Below are positions 31,829 through 40,613 of a stretch of 64,000 nucleotides of DNA, piece after piece (the stretch's first letter is position 1; each line of letters starts with the position of its first letter). The position numbers and the translations under genes are program-made. The notes below the pieces were generated by a model, which was given only the letters and a program-made list of their open reading frames with translations, had not been told where the DNA came from and searched no databases. This stretch comes from an uncultured Rhodobacteraceae bacterium (GTDB lineage Bacteria > Pseudomonadota > Alphaproteobacteria > Rhodobacterales > Rhodobacteraceae): assembly GCA_945952025.1 (NCBI GenBank), contig CAMFGW010000011.1:10377-74376 (forward strand), written 5' to 3'.

Positions 31829-33053
31829 GGCGACGGCCGACCTGATCGTCATTGGCGCGGGCGTCGTCGGCCTGTCGGCGGCGCTCGCGGCGCAGGCGCG
31901 CGGGCTCCGCGTCACCGTCATCGACCGCGAAGGCCCCGCCGCCGGCGCCTCGGCCGGCAATGCCGGGGCCTTCGCCTTCACCGACATCTTCCCGCTGGCC
32001 AGCCCCCGCATCATCCGGCAGGCGCCGAAATGGCTTCTGGACCCGCTCGGCCCCCTGACCGTGCCGCCCCGCTACGCGCTGAAGATCGCGCCCTGGATGT
32101 GGCGCTTCTGGCGGGCCAGCCACCCGGCGCAGGTCCAGGCCTCGACCGTCGCGCAGACCGCGCTCATGGACCTGTCGCGGGCCGCGCTTCTTGAGTTTCT
32201 GGAGGCACAGGACCTGACCCCGTTCCTGCGCCGCGACGGCCAGTTGCAGGTCTATGAGGGCGAGCGCGAGTTCCGCCGGAGCCTGCCCGGCTGGGAGGCG
32301 CGCGACAGCGCCGGGATCGAGTTCCGCCATCTGGCGGGGGACGAGATTTCCGAGCTGCAGCCGGGACTTGCCCCCCGTTTCACCCACGCCACCTTCACGC
32401 CGGGCTGGTGGTCGGTCACCGACCCGAAGCTCTACACGCTGGCGCTTGCCGACCGCTTCCGTGCCAAAGGAGGCACCCTGCGGATCATCGAGGCGACGGC
32501 CCTGACCGACAGCGGCGTCCAGACCCGCGACGGCCTGCTGACCGGCCGCGTCCTGCTGGCCGCCGGCGCCTTTTCCCATCGGCTGGCCCGCACCGCCGGC
32601 GTCCGCATCCCGCTCGAAACCGAACGGGGCTACAACACGACGCTGCCAAGCGATGCCTTCGACCTGCGCACGCAGTTGACCTTCGGCGGCCACGGCTTCG
32701 TCGTCTCGCGCCTCTCGACCGGCATCCGTGTCGGTGGCGCGGTCGAACTAGGGGGCCTCGACCTGCCCCCGAACTACGCCCGCGCCGACGCCATGCTGAA
32801 GAAGGCCGCCGCCTTCCTGCCCGGCCTGCGCACCACCGGGGGCACGCAATGGATGGGCTTTCGCCCCTCGCTCCCCGACAGCCTGCCCGCCATCGGGCCG
32901 CTCCCCGGCCTGCCGAACACGCTCTGCGCCTTCGGGCACGGGCACCTTGGCCTGACCCAGTCGGCCGGCACCGCGCGCCTCATCGCGGACCTGCTGACGC
33001 GGCGGGCCCCTGCCCTGAACCTTGCGCCCTTCTCCCCCGCCCGCTTCGGATAG
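31818..33053 (+). CDS. FAD-dependent D-amino acid (D-hydroxyproline) dehydrogenase
   Basis: VIGAGVVG, ASAGNAG, ERGY, WMGFRPSLPDSLPAIG and FGHGHLGLT motifs. Confidence 0.82.
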   Translation: MPPEATADLIVIGAGVVGLSAALAAQARGLRVTVIDREGPAAGASAGNAGAFAFTDIFPLASPRIIRQAPKWLLDPLGPLTVPPRYALKIAPWMWRFWRASHPAQVQASTVAQTALMDLSRAALLEFLEAQDLTPFLRRDGQLQVYEGEREFRRSLPGWEARDSAGIEFRHLAGDEISELQPGLAPRFTHATFTPGWWSVTDPKLYTLALADRFRAKGGTLRIIEATALTDSGVQTRDGLLTGRVLLAAGAFSHRLARTAGVRIPLETERGYNTTLPSDAFDLRTQLTFGGHGFVVSRLSTGIRVGGAVELGGLDLPPNYARADAMLKKAAAFLPGLRTTGGTQWMGFRPSLPDSLPAIGPLPGLPNTLCAFGHGHLGLTQSAGTARLIADLLTRRAPALNLAPFSPARFG

Positions 33054-33057
33054 ACCC

Positions 33058-34059
33058 ATGTCAAACCACGCCTTCCCCTGCATCGACGGCCATACCTGCG
33101 GCAATCCGGTCCGGCTCGTCACCGGCGGCGCGCCGGTCCTGAAGGGCGCGACCATGCTGGAAAAACGCGCGCATTTCCTGGCCGAATACGACTGGATCCG
33201 CACCGGCCTCATGTTCGAGCCGCGCGGACACGACCAGATGTCGGGCTCGATCCTCTACCCGCCGACGCGGGACGATTGCGACGTGGCGGTCCTTTTCATC
33301 GAAACGTCCGGCTGCCTGCCCATGTGCGGGCACGGCACCATCGGCACGGTCACGATCGCACTGGAAAACGGCCTGATCCGGCCCGAAACACCCGGCACCA
33401 TCCGCCTCGACACGCCCGCCGGCCGCGTCGACGTAACCTACCGGCAAGAGGGCCGCTTCGTCGAGGAGGTGCGCCTGACGAACGTCCCCGCCTACCTTCA
33501 CGCCGAGGGGCTGACGGCCGAAGTCGAGGGGCTGGGCGAGGTCGCGGTGGACGTGGCCTACGGCGGCAACTTCTATGCCATCGTCGAGCCGCAGCGCGCC
33601 TTCCGGGACATGGCCGACCACAGCGCGGGCGAACTCGTGGGCTTCAGCCGCAAGCTGCGGGCGGCGCTCAACGAAAAATACACCTTCGAGCACCCCGAAA
33701 TAGCCGCCATCCGCGGCCTGTCGCACATCCTCTGGACCGGCGCACCGCGCCACCCCGAGGCCGATGCCCGCAACGCCGTCTTCTACGGCGACAAGGCCAT
33801 CGACCGCTCGCCCTGCGGCACCGGCACCTCGGCCCGGATGGCGCAACTGGCGGCCAAGGGGCGGCTGAAGGTCGGCGACGATTTCGTCCACGAAAGCATC
33901 ATCGGCTCGCTCTTCAAGGGCCGGGTCGAGGCGGCGGCGGTGGTGGCGAACCGCCCCGCGATCATCCCCTCGATCGCCGGCTGGGCGCGTGTCACCGGAT
34001 TCAACACCATCTTCATCGACGACCGCGACCCCTTCGCCCACGGCTTCGTCGTCGCCTGA
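33058..34059 (+). CDS. 4-hydroxyproline 2-epimerase (proline racemase family, Cys/Cys)
   Basis: IDGHTCGNP, PMCGHGTIG and DRSPCGTGT motifs; both catalytic Cys are present. Confidence 0.88.
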   Translation: MSNHAFPCIDGHTCGNPVRLVTGGAPVLKGATMLEKRAHFLAEYDWIRTGLMFEPRGHDQMSGSILYPPTRDDCDVAVLFIETSGCLPMCGHGTIGTVTIALENGLIRPETPGTIRLDTPAGRVDVTYRQEGRFVEEVRLTNVPAYLHAEGLTAEVEGLGEVAVDVAYGGNFYAIVEPQRAFRDMADHSAGELVGFSRKLRAALNEKYTFEHPEIAAIRGLSHILWTGAPRHPEADARNAVFYGDKAIDRSPCGTGTSARMAQLAAKGRLKVGDDFVHESIIGSLFKGRVEAAAVVANRPAIIPSIAGWARVTGFNTIFIDDRDPFAHGFVVA

Positions 34060-34110
34060 AAGGTGCGCAAACAAGGTCGTCGCCTGACGCCGAAAACAGG
34101 AAGGCTGCGC

Positions 34111-34144
34111 AAACAAAAAGGCCGCGCACCAGGCGCGGCCCTTT
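34111..34144. terminator. Intrinsic terminator between the convergent epimerase and rpsD
   Basis: GGCCGCGC (34120-34127)/GCGCGGCC (34133-34140) stem, with a T-run on the minus strand and CTTT on the plus strand. Confidence 0.7.
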
Positions 34145-34161
34145 CGGTGATCTTCGCCAGA

Positions 34162-34782
34162 TCAGTTCTTGGCGTAGAATTCGACGACGAGGTGCGGTTC
34201 CATCTGCACCGGATAGGGCACGTCGCCCAGCGCCGGCTGGCGCACGAAGGTCGCGGTCATCTTGTTGTGGTCGACTTCCAGGTAGTCCGGCACGTCACGC
34301 TCGGCCAGGCCCACGGCCTCGAGCACGATGGCAAGCTGGCGCGACTTGTCGCGGACGGCGATCACGTCGCCTTCCTTGACGCGGTAAGAGCCGATGTTGA
34401 CCCGCTGGCCGTTCACTGTGACATGGCCATGGTTCACGAACTGGCGGGCGGCAAAGACGGTCGGGACGAACTTGGCGCGGTAGACCACGGCGTCCAGGCG
34501 GCGTTCCAGAAGGCCGATCAGGTTTTCACCCGTGTCACCCTTCACGCGCTCGGCCTCGCCGTAGATCTTGCGGAACTGTTTTTCGGTCAGGTCGCCGTAA
34601 TAGCCCTTCAGCTTCTGCTTGGCGCGCAGCTGCGTGCCGAAGTCCGAGAGCTTGTTCTTCCGGCGCTGGCCGTGCTGGCCGGGGCCGTACTCACGCTTGT
34701 TGACCGGGGATTTGTCGCGGCCCCAGATGTTTTCGCCCATCCGGCGGTCGATCTTGTACTTGGCAGAGGTGCGTTTGGTCAC
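34162..34782 (-). CDS. rpsD: 30S ribosomal protein S4
   Basis: [31 protein letters not shown] and [13 protein letters not shown] motifs. GTG start, AAGGAG SD. Confidence 0.97.
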   Translation of the reverse strand: MTKRTSAKYKIDRRMGENIWGRDKSPVNKREYGPGQHGQRRKNKLSDFGTQLRAKQKLKGYYGDLTEKQFRKIYGEAERVKGDTGENLIGLLERRLDAVVYRAKFVPTVFAARQFVNHGHVTVNGQRVNIGSYRVKEGDVIAVRDKSRQLAIVLEAVGLAERDVPDYLEVDHNKMTATFVRQPALGDVPYPVQMEPHLVVEFYAKN

Positions 34783-34900
34783 CGCTGATCTCCTTTTGCG
34801 TCTTCAAAAGGGCGTTGTCCTTTCCCCTTTCGGGGCGACAGGCTTCCCCTTGCGGGGTCCACCAACACCAATGATGCCCGGGGCCCAAAGGCCCGGACGG
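34783..34900 (-). ncRNA. Structured 5' leader of rpsD (candidate S4-responsive r-leader)
   Basis: Multi-stem fold with two GNRA hairpins (CCCC-GCAA-GGGG and CCCC-GAAA-GGGG), an enclosing GGUGUUG/CAACGCC stem, and a CCUUUUG/CAAAAGG hairpin covering the SD. Confidence 0.55.
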
Positions 34901-34904
34901 GCGG

Positions 34905-34932
34905 CTTATACAGGGGCGGAAGGGGGAGTCAA
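34905..34932 (-). promoter_or_regulatory. sigma70 promoter of rpsD
   Basis: Minus strand TTGACT (34932-34927)-N16-TATAAG (34910-34905). Confidence 0.7.
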
Positions 34933-34973
34933 GGGCGCCTCGGGGCAAGGCACGGACGGGATCAGGAAACGCC

Positions 34974-35143
34974 CCGCGTTTCCCCCGACCCCCGTGGGAA
35001 CGGTTCCGCTGGACCGTCCGTGTCACAGATCAACGAAGGCCAGCGCCCGCCGATGGCGGGGCGGGCGCTGGCCGATGGCCATTGGGCCACCGGCGGGGAC
35101 AGGGGGGAGAGGACTTCGCATGGCAGGGTCAACGGCCCCTGCC
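34974..35143 (+). repeat. Dispersed palindromic intergenic element, copy A
   Basis: Shares CCGCGTTTCCC...TGTCACAGA...GGCCAGCGCCCGCCGATGGCGGGGCGGGCGCTGGCC...GCATGGCAGGGTCAACGGCCCCTGCC with copies B and C. Confidence 0.88.
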
Positions 35144-35153
35144 CCACCCCGGC

Positions 35154-36182
35154 CTAGCGCGCGCCCCAGGTATCGCTCAGCCGATAGCCCTCCGGCCAGG
35201 GGTCCGAGGGGTCGAGCATGTGCTGGTGGATCCCCGTGATCCAGCCGCGCCCGCTGATTTCGGGCAGGATCGCCGGCACGTCGCCCACCCGGGTCGTCCC
35301 GACGATCCGGCCCGCGAAGGTCGAGCTGATCAGCGACACGGTCGTCAGCCGGTCCGCCCCGCTCATCTGCCCCCGCGCGTGCAAGACCGCCATCCGCGCC
35401 GAAAGCGCCGTCCCGGTGGGCGAGCGGTCGACCTTGCCCGGCTGGATCGCCACCGCCGACCCGGCGCGCAGCTCGTTCCCCTGTCGTGACAAGGGCCCCG
35501 CGAAGAGGCAGAAGGAAAAATGCCGCCAGTCCGGGTTGGTCGGGTGGTGAAAGCCCAGCTGCTCGGTCCCCGCCCGGGTGATCCTTGCCCCGAGCTTCGC
35601 AATGTCATGCGCCTCGTCCGGCGTGAGCTGGAACCCCAGCGCCCGGGCATCGACAAAGACGAAACTGTCACCGCCGAAGGCCGTGTCGACCTTCAGCGTG
35701 CCCAGCCCCTCGACTTCGAGCGTCGCATCGAGTTTCTGCGCAAAGCTCGGCAGGTTCTGGACGAAGATGCGCTCGGCCTTGCCGTCCCGGCACTCCGCCC
35801 GCACCTTCACCAGACCCCCGGGCGCTTCCAGCAGGAACTCGGTCACCGGCTCCTGCATGGGGATGATGCCGCCGTCCAGGAGGACAGTCGAGACGCAGAT
35901 CGAGTTCGAGCCGGACATGGGCGGCGTGTCCTCCGGCTCCATGATGATGAAGGCCGCGGCCGCGCCCAGCGTTTTGGGCGGCACCAGCAGGTTCACATGC
36001 CGAAAGACCCCGCCCCGCGGCTCGTTCAGGACGAAATTGCGCAGGGTCTGATCGCGGGCGATGAAACGGCTCTGTTCCCAGACCGTCTCACCCGGCGGCG
36101 GCGCCACGCCCCCGACGATGACATCGCCGACCTCGCCCTCGGCATGGGCCGAAATCACATGGACGGTGCGGCTGCTGCGCAT
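35154..36182 (-). CDS. Proline racemase-family protein with Ser/Thr catalytic pair, probable trans-3-hydroxy-L-proline dehydratase
   Basis: [19 protein letters not shown] and DRSPTGTA: both canonical Cys are replaced (Ser, Thr). Confidence 0.75.
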   Translation of the reverse strand: MRSSRTVHVISAHAEGEVGDVIVGGVAPPPGETVWEQSRFIARDQTLRNFVLNEPRGGVFRHVNLLVPPKTLGAAAAFIIMEPEDTPPMSGSNSICVSTVLLDGGIIPMQEPVTEFLLEAPGGLVKVRAECRDGKAERIFVQNLPSFAQKLDATLEVEGLGTLKVDTAFGGDSFVFVDARALGFQLTPDEAHDIAKLGARITRAGTEQLGFHHPTNPDWRHFSFCLFAGPLSRQGNELRAGSAVAIQPGKVDRSPTGTALSARMAVLHARGQMSGADRLTTVSLISSTFAGRIVGTTRVGDVPAILPEISGRGWITGIHQHMLDPSDPWPEGYRLSDTWGAR

Positions 36183-36489
36183 GGGGGTATCGGTCGATTA
36201 GGGTTGCGGTTAGGCACGCGGACCTTTCTCGCGGGCCTTTTATGTTTGCTATAAAGCCGGGGCGTCGACAGGGGAGTCAAGGGCGAAGGTTGCTACCAGT
36301 ATCAGCCCTGCCACGGAGGGCAGATCGCCTACTTGCAGTCTCCCTCGTCGCGACGATCTGGCGCGCTGTCGGTCGCTGTATACGCGATGCCTGAAGCGTA
36401 CTTACCTAAATTGCCATGTGAAGATCACACACAACTATCAGGCCTTTGAGCCAAAATCACAGCCCGACGGCAAACGCTCGCATTCCACC

Positions 36490-37497
36490 TCATTTATGAG
36501 AAATAGCGTTCTCAAGAAGTTCAACGAAATCCTCTGGATTTGTAAGATAATTTCGATATGAGCTACGGATCGATCGCGGCGTTGACGCCCGAACATACAC
36601 AACGTTCGCGCAGGTTTCGTCGTCAAGCAGCTCTCTTTCCTTTTCAACAGCCCTCGATGCCTTCGTATATCCGTAAATATCCACGGTGTCATCGAACCTA
36701 AATGCAAGCACTGTATGTTGTTTAATGTTGCTGACATCGCCTTGCTCCCGAAGTCGAGCGAGCCGATCCAGCAGGCCAATTTTGCCTTCAAGCTCCCGAA
36801 ATTCCGCAAGTAGCTCATCATCCGAAATATCTGGGAGGCAACTGCGCATACCCTCGTGATATCTGGCAATAAGTTCACTCGCCAGACTGAAGAATCTTCC
36901 GTATTCGCTGGTCCCGTCCTCGAATTTAATTCGCGTGTCCGAAACGAGGTCAGCGATCTCCACCGCAGTAGCCCATGCGTGTTGTGCGCTGGTTCTTAAT
37001 TGAACCTCTATCTTAAGGCCTCTGAGGTCCGCTCTATCACCGGCCGATGGCGAGTAGCCATAAACATAGTGCACTCCACGATAGCCAGATAGTTTTGGGT
37101 TGGCGATATAGTCATATTTTTCTGGATCATAGAGAAGCTTATGACGGGCCCTGCTCCTATGTTCCAAGTAGCCCCTAAATTCATTTAACGTGTCGATGGT
37201 TGGAAATATCAACCTGCACCCACCGAGGTCATGCATCGTTGATGCATCTTTTGCACGACCAGTTATTATTTTGTCGAGCAAGGTATCGCGACGCTTTAGC
37301 CGCTGCGCAGGTGCCAGCCCAGTAAACTCAAGGGAGGGCTTCCGCAACCACATTGCAATAGCCGAAAGAGGTCGAAGATGCGCTCTGCGCCAGTCGTCCA
37401 ATATCTCCAGATCCGCCCTTGCCACCTTCGATACCGATCCGGCACGGGCAGCATTCTTGCCAGCAGTCCTAACTGAATTTTTGGTAGGAAGACTCAT
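36490..37497 (-). CDS. RelA/SpoT-domain small alarmone synthetase-like protein, CapRel-type fused toxin-antitoxin
   Basis: AQRLKR (aa64-69), MHDLGGCR (88-95), SGYRGVH (137-143), IEVQLRT (163-169), QHAWATAVE (172-180), and C-terminal NVVYV...SYRNY (YxxY at 314-317). GC ~40-50% in lines counted by eye versus ~70% around it. Confidence 0.8.
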   Translation of the reverse strand: MSLPTKNSVRTAGKNAARAGSVSKVARADLEILDDWRRAHLRPLSAIAMWLRKPSLEFTGLAPAQRLKRRDTLLDKIITGRAKDASTMHDLGGCRLIFPTIDTLNEFRGYLEHRSRARHKLLYDPEKYDYIANPKLSGYRGVHYVYGYSPSAGDRADLRGLKIEVQLRTSAQHAWATAVEIADLVSDTRIKFEDGTSEYGRFFSLASELIARYHEGMRSCLPDISDDELLAEFRELEGKIGLLDRLARLREQGDVSNIKQHTVLAFRFDDTVDIYGYTKASRAVEKERELLDDETCANVVYVRASTPRSIRSSYRNYLTNPEDFVELLENAISHK

Positions 37498-37504
37498 AGA
37501 ACCC

Positions 37505-39769
37505 TCACCCGCACTTCGAATACCCGCAGTTCGGGCAGGTCATGCAGCCCTCGATCTTCTGCAGGCCGAACTGGCCGCAGCTTGGGCAGGCCGGCCCGCG
37601 CGGCATCTCGCCAACCGCGACCGCGACGGCCTTGGGGTCGGACTTCAAGCCCATCCCCTCGCCCTTCAGGAAGCCGATCGCGATCATGTGGCGCTCGATC
37701 ACGCCGCCGATCGCCGCGAGGATCGAGGGGATGTAGCGCCCCTCCATCCAGGCGCCGCCGCGCGGATCGAAGACGGCTTTCAGCTCTTCGACGACGAAGC
37801 TCACGTCGCCGCCCCGCCGGAACACGGCCGAGATCATGCGCGTCAGCGCCACCGTCCAGGCGTAATGCTCCATGTTCTTCGAGTTGATGAAGACCTCGAA
37901 CGGCCGCCGGTGGCCGCCCTGCACAATGTCGTTGATCGTGAGGTAGATCGCATGTTCGCTGTCCGGCCACTTCAGCTTGTAGGTCGCCCCGTCCAGCGCC
38001 TGCGGCCGGTCGAGCGGTTCGGACAGGTAGACGACCTCGGCGCCCTGATCCGCCTCGGGCGCGCGGTCGGCGCCCTCGCTCACGGTCAGCACGCTTCCGG
38101 TGACGGCATTCGGCCGGTAGGTGGTGCAGCCCTTGCAGCCCTGGTCCCAGGCGGCGAGGTAGACATCCTTGAAGGCCTCGAACGAGATGTCCTCGGGGCA
38201 GTTGATGGTCTTCGAGATCGAGCTGTCGACCCAGCGCTGCGCCGCCGCCTGCATCTTCACATGGTCAAGGGGCGGCAGGGTCTGGGCGTTGACGAACGTG
38301 TCCGGCAGGGGCGCGTCGCCATGAAGCTCGCGCCAGAGGTGGACGGCATAATCGACCACCTCTTCCTCGGTCCGGCTGCCGTCCTTCTGCAGGACCTTGC
38401 GGCTGTAGGCATAGGCAAAGACCGGCTCGATCCCGGAACTGACGTTGCCCGCGAGCAGGCTGATTGTCCCCGTCGGTGCAACAGACGTGAGCAGAGCATT
38501 GCGGATCCCGTGTTCCCTGACCGCCTCGCGCACGTCGGCATCCATCCCCTTCATCGTGCCCGATTGCAGGAACTTCACGGCATCGAACAGCGGGAAGGCG
38601 CCCTTTTCCCGCGCCAGGTCGACCGAGGCGAGGTAGGCCGCCCGCGCGATCCGCTTCATCCAGCCCTCGGTCGCCGCCGCCGCCTCGTCCGAGCCATAGC
38701 GCAGCCCGATCATCAAAAGCGCGTCGGCAAGCCCCGTGACCCCCAGCCCGATGCGCCGCTTGGCATCCGCCTCGCGCTTCTGTTCGTCCAGGGGAAAGCG
38801 GCTCTCGTCGATCGTATTGTCCATCATCCGCACGGCGACGCGCACCAGGTCGTCCAGCGCCCCGGCGTCCAGATGCGCCTTCGGCCCGAACGGATCGCGC
38901 ACCAGCCGCGCCAGGTTGAGGCTGCCCAGTAGGCAGGCCCCATAGGGCGGCAGGGGCTGTTCGCCGCAAGGGTTGGTGGCCGCAATCTCTTCCGCATACC
39001 AGAGGTTGTTCATCCGGTTGATGCGGTCGATGAAGATCACGCCGGGTTCGGCATAGTCGAAGGTCGCGCGCATGATCTTGTTCCACAGATCGCGCGCCGG
39101 CAGCGTGCGGTAGACCCGGCCCCCGTACTGCAGGTCCCAGGGCCCGTCGGCCTTCACCGCCGCCATGAACGGGTCGCTTACCAGGACCGAAAGGTTGAAC
39201 ATCCGCAGCCGCGCCGGGTCCTGCTTGGCCTCGATGAAAGCCTCGATGTCGGGGTGGTCACAGCGCATGGTCGCCATCATCGCGCCCCGGCGCGAGCCCG
39301 CCGACATGATCGTACGGCACATCGCATCCCACACGTCCATGAAGCTGAGGGGGCCGGAAGCGTCGGCGGCCACCCCCCTGACCTCGGCCCCGCGCGGGCG
39401 GATGGTCGAGAAGTCGTAGCCGATGCCGCCGCCTTGCTGCATGGTCAGCGCCGCCTGCTTCAGCGCCTCGAATATGCCCGCCATGCTGTCGGGAATGGTT
39501 CCCATGACGAAACAGTTGAAGAGCGTCACCGACCGCCCCGTGCCCGCCCCGGCGATGATCCGGCCCGCGGGCAGGAACTTGAAGCCCTCGAGTGCCGCAT
39601 AGAAGCGCGGCTCCCACGCCGCCGGGTCCGCCTCGGGCGCGGCGAGCGCGCGGGCGATGCGGCGCCAGGTATCCTCGACCGTGCGGTCGACGGGCGTGCC
39701 GTCCGCCTGTTCCAGCCGGTATTTCATGTCCCAGATCGATTGGGCGATGGGGGCGACGAAGGCTGACAT
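37505..39769 (-). CDS. nrdJ: Class II (adenosylcobalamin-dependent) ribonucleotide reductase
   Basis: FLPAGRI, LFNCFV, GGGIG, SRRGAMM, ATNPCGEQPL, SVAPTGTISL and KGCTTYR motifs, plus a C-terminal CPSC..CPNC Zn ribbon. Confidence 0.95.
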   Translation of the reverse strand: MSAFVAPIAQSIWDMKYRLEQADGTPVDRTVEDTWRRIARALAAPEADPAAWEPRFYAALEGFKFLPAGRIIAGAGTGRSVTLFNCFVMGTIPDSMAGIFEALKQAALTMQQGGGIGYDFSTIRPRGAEVRGVAADASGPLSFMDVWDAMCRTIMSAGSRRGAMMATMRCDHPDIEAFIEAKQDPARLRMFNLSVLVSDPFMAAVKADGPWDLQYGGRVYRTLPARDLWNKIMRATFDYAEPGVIFIDRINRMNNLWYAEEIAATNPCGEQPLPPYGACLLGSLNLARLVRDPFGPKAHLDAGALDDLVRVAVRMMDNTIDESRFPLDEQKREADAKRRIGLGVTGLADALLMIGLRYGSDEAAAATEGWMKRIARAAYLASVDLAREKGAFPLFDAVKFLQSGTMKGMDADVREAVREHGIRNALLTSVAPTGTISLLAGNVSSGIEPVFAYAYSRKVLQKDGSRTEEEVVDYAVHLWRELHGDAPLPDTFVNAQTLPPLDHVKMQAAAQRWVDSSISKTINCPEDISFEAFKDVYLAAWDQGCKGCTTYRPNAVTGSVLTVSEGADRAPEADQGAEVVYLSEPLDRPQALDGATYKLKWPDSEHAIYLTINDIVQGGHRRPFEVFINSKNMEHYAWTVALTRMISAVFRRGGDVSFVVEELKAVFDPRGGAWMEGRYIPSILAAIGGVIERHMIAIGFLKGEGMGLKSDPKAVAVAVGEMPRGPACPSCGQFGLQKIEGCMTCPNCGYSKCG

Positions 39770-39938
39770 GGCGAACCTCTGGCAGGATGGGGCGCGACCG
39801 GGCGTCGCGGGTGCGCGTGTGCGTCGCGCGTCGGCAGGGGTCCGACCTTAGCGCGCGCGCGCCCCTCCGGCAAGCGGCGCGCCGAAGGCCCTTGCGGGTG
39901 GCCCCCGGGGGCCTATCTTGGGGCCAGCGGGGGGCACC

Positions 39939-40370
39939 ATGACGGGCCATGTCAACATCCTGAAACTCTGCGTCGGCTGCGATGCGGTGGAAGAGCTGAT
40001 CGCCTGGCAGGCGGCGCACCCGTCCGGCCTGCCGGGGGGCGAGCGGCGCCATGTGACCCGCATGTGGCCCAAGCGCGCGGCCGAGGTCCTGGCCGGCGGC
40101 TCGCTCTACTGGGTGATGAAGGGGCTGGTGCTGGCGCGCCAGCGCATCATCCGGCTGGACGAGATCCGCGGCGCGGACGGCATCCTGCGCTGCGGGCTGG
40201 TGCTTGACCCGGCGGTGATCCGCACCGAACCGGCCGCCCGGCGCCCCTTCCAGGGCTGGCGCTACCTTGACCCCGCCGACAGCCCGCGCGACCTGCCAGA
40301 GGGACGCGCGGCCGACACGGCGCTGCCGCCCGCGCTGGCTCTGGCGCTGGCCGACATCGGGCTGAGGTAG
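39939..40370 (+). CDS. DUF1489 family protein
   Basis: LKLCVG, TRMWPKR, GGSLYWVMKG and RRPFQGWRYL are DUF1489 hallmarks. Confidence 0.85.
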   Translation: MTGHVNILKLCVGCDAVEELIAWQAAHPSGLPGGERRHVTRMWPKRAAEVLAGGSLYWVMKGLVLARQRIIRLDEIRGADGILRCGLVLDPAVIRTEPAARRPFQGWRYLDPADSPRDLPEGRAADTALPPALALALADIGLR

Positions 40371-40411
40371 AAGGGCAGCGGCTGCCTCGGTCGGGACCAA
40401 GGAACCGCGAC

Positions 40412-40604
40412 CCGCGTTTCCCCCTGCCGTGTGGGAACGTCTCCGCTGGACCGCCCATGTCACAGAACCAACAAAGGCCAGCGCCTGCACCGGTGGGCGC
40501 GGAAGCGCCCGCCGATGGCGGGGCGGGCGCTGGCCGATGGCCTTTGGGCAATCGGCGGGGACAAAGGGCAAAGCCATCGCATGGCAGGGTCAACGGCCCC
40601 TGCC
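40412..40604 (+). repeat. Dispersed palindromic intergenic element, copy B (internal ~24-bp insertion)
   Basis: Homologous to 34974-35143, with extra TGCACCGGTGGGCGCGGAAGCGCC inside the left arm of the main hairpin. Confidence 0.88.
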
Positions 40605-40613
40605 ACCCGGGGC

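Noticed and set aside
36286-36489. A second small gene or IS end downstream of the CapRel-like gene
   Set aside because: Only very short ORFs (about 22 aa on the minus strand) and no terminal inverted repeats or target duplication could be identified.
36438-36878. 146-aa ORF overlapping the CapRel-like gene in another frame as a separate antitoxin
   Set aside because: It is almost entirely nested in the RelA/SpoT ORF, has no recognisable motif, and the main ORF already has its own C-terminal antitoxin-like region.
39770-39938. NrdR box or cobalamin riboswitch upstream of nrdJ
   Set aside because: Only a partial CCTATCTTGGGG match, with no tandem box and no B12-box or conserved riboswitch core.
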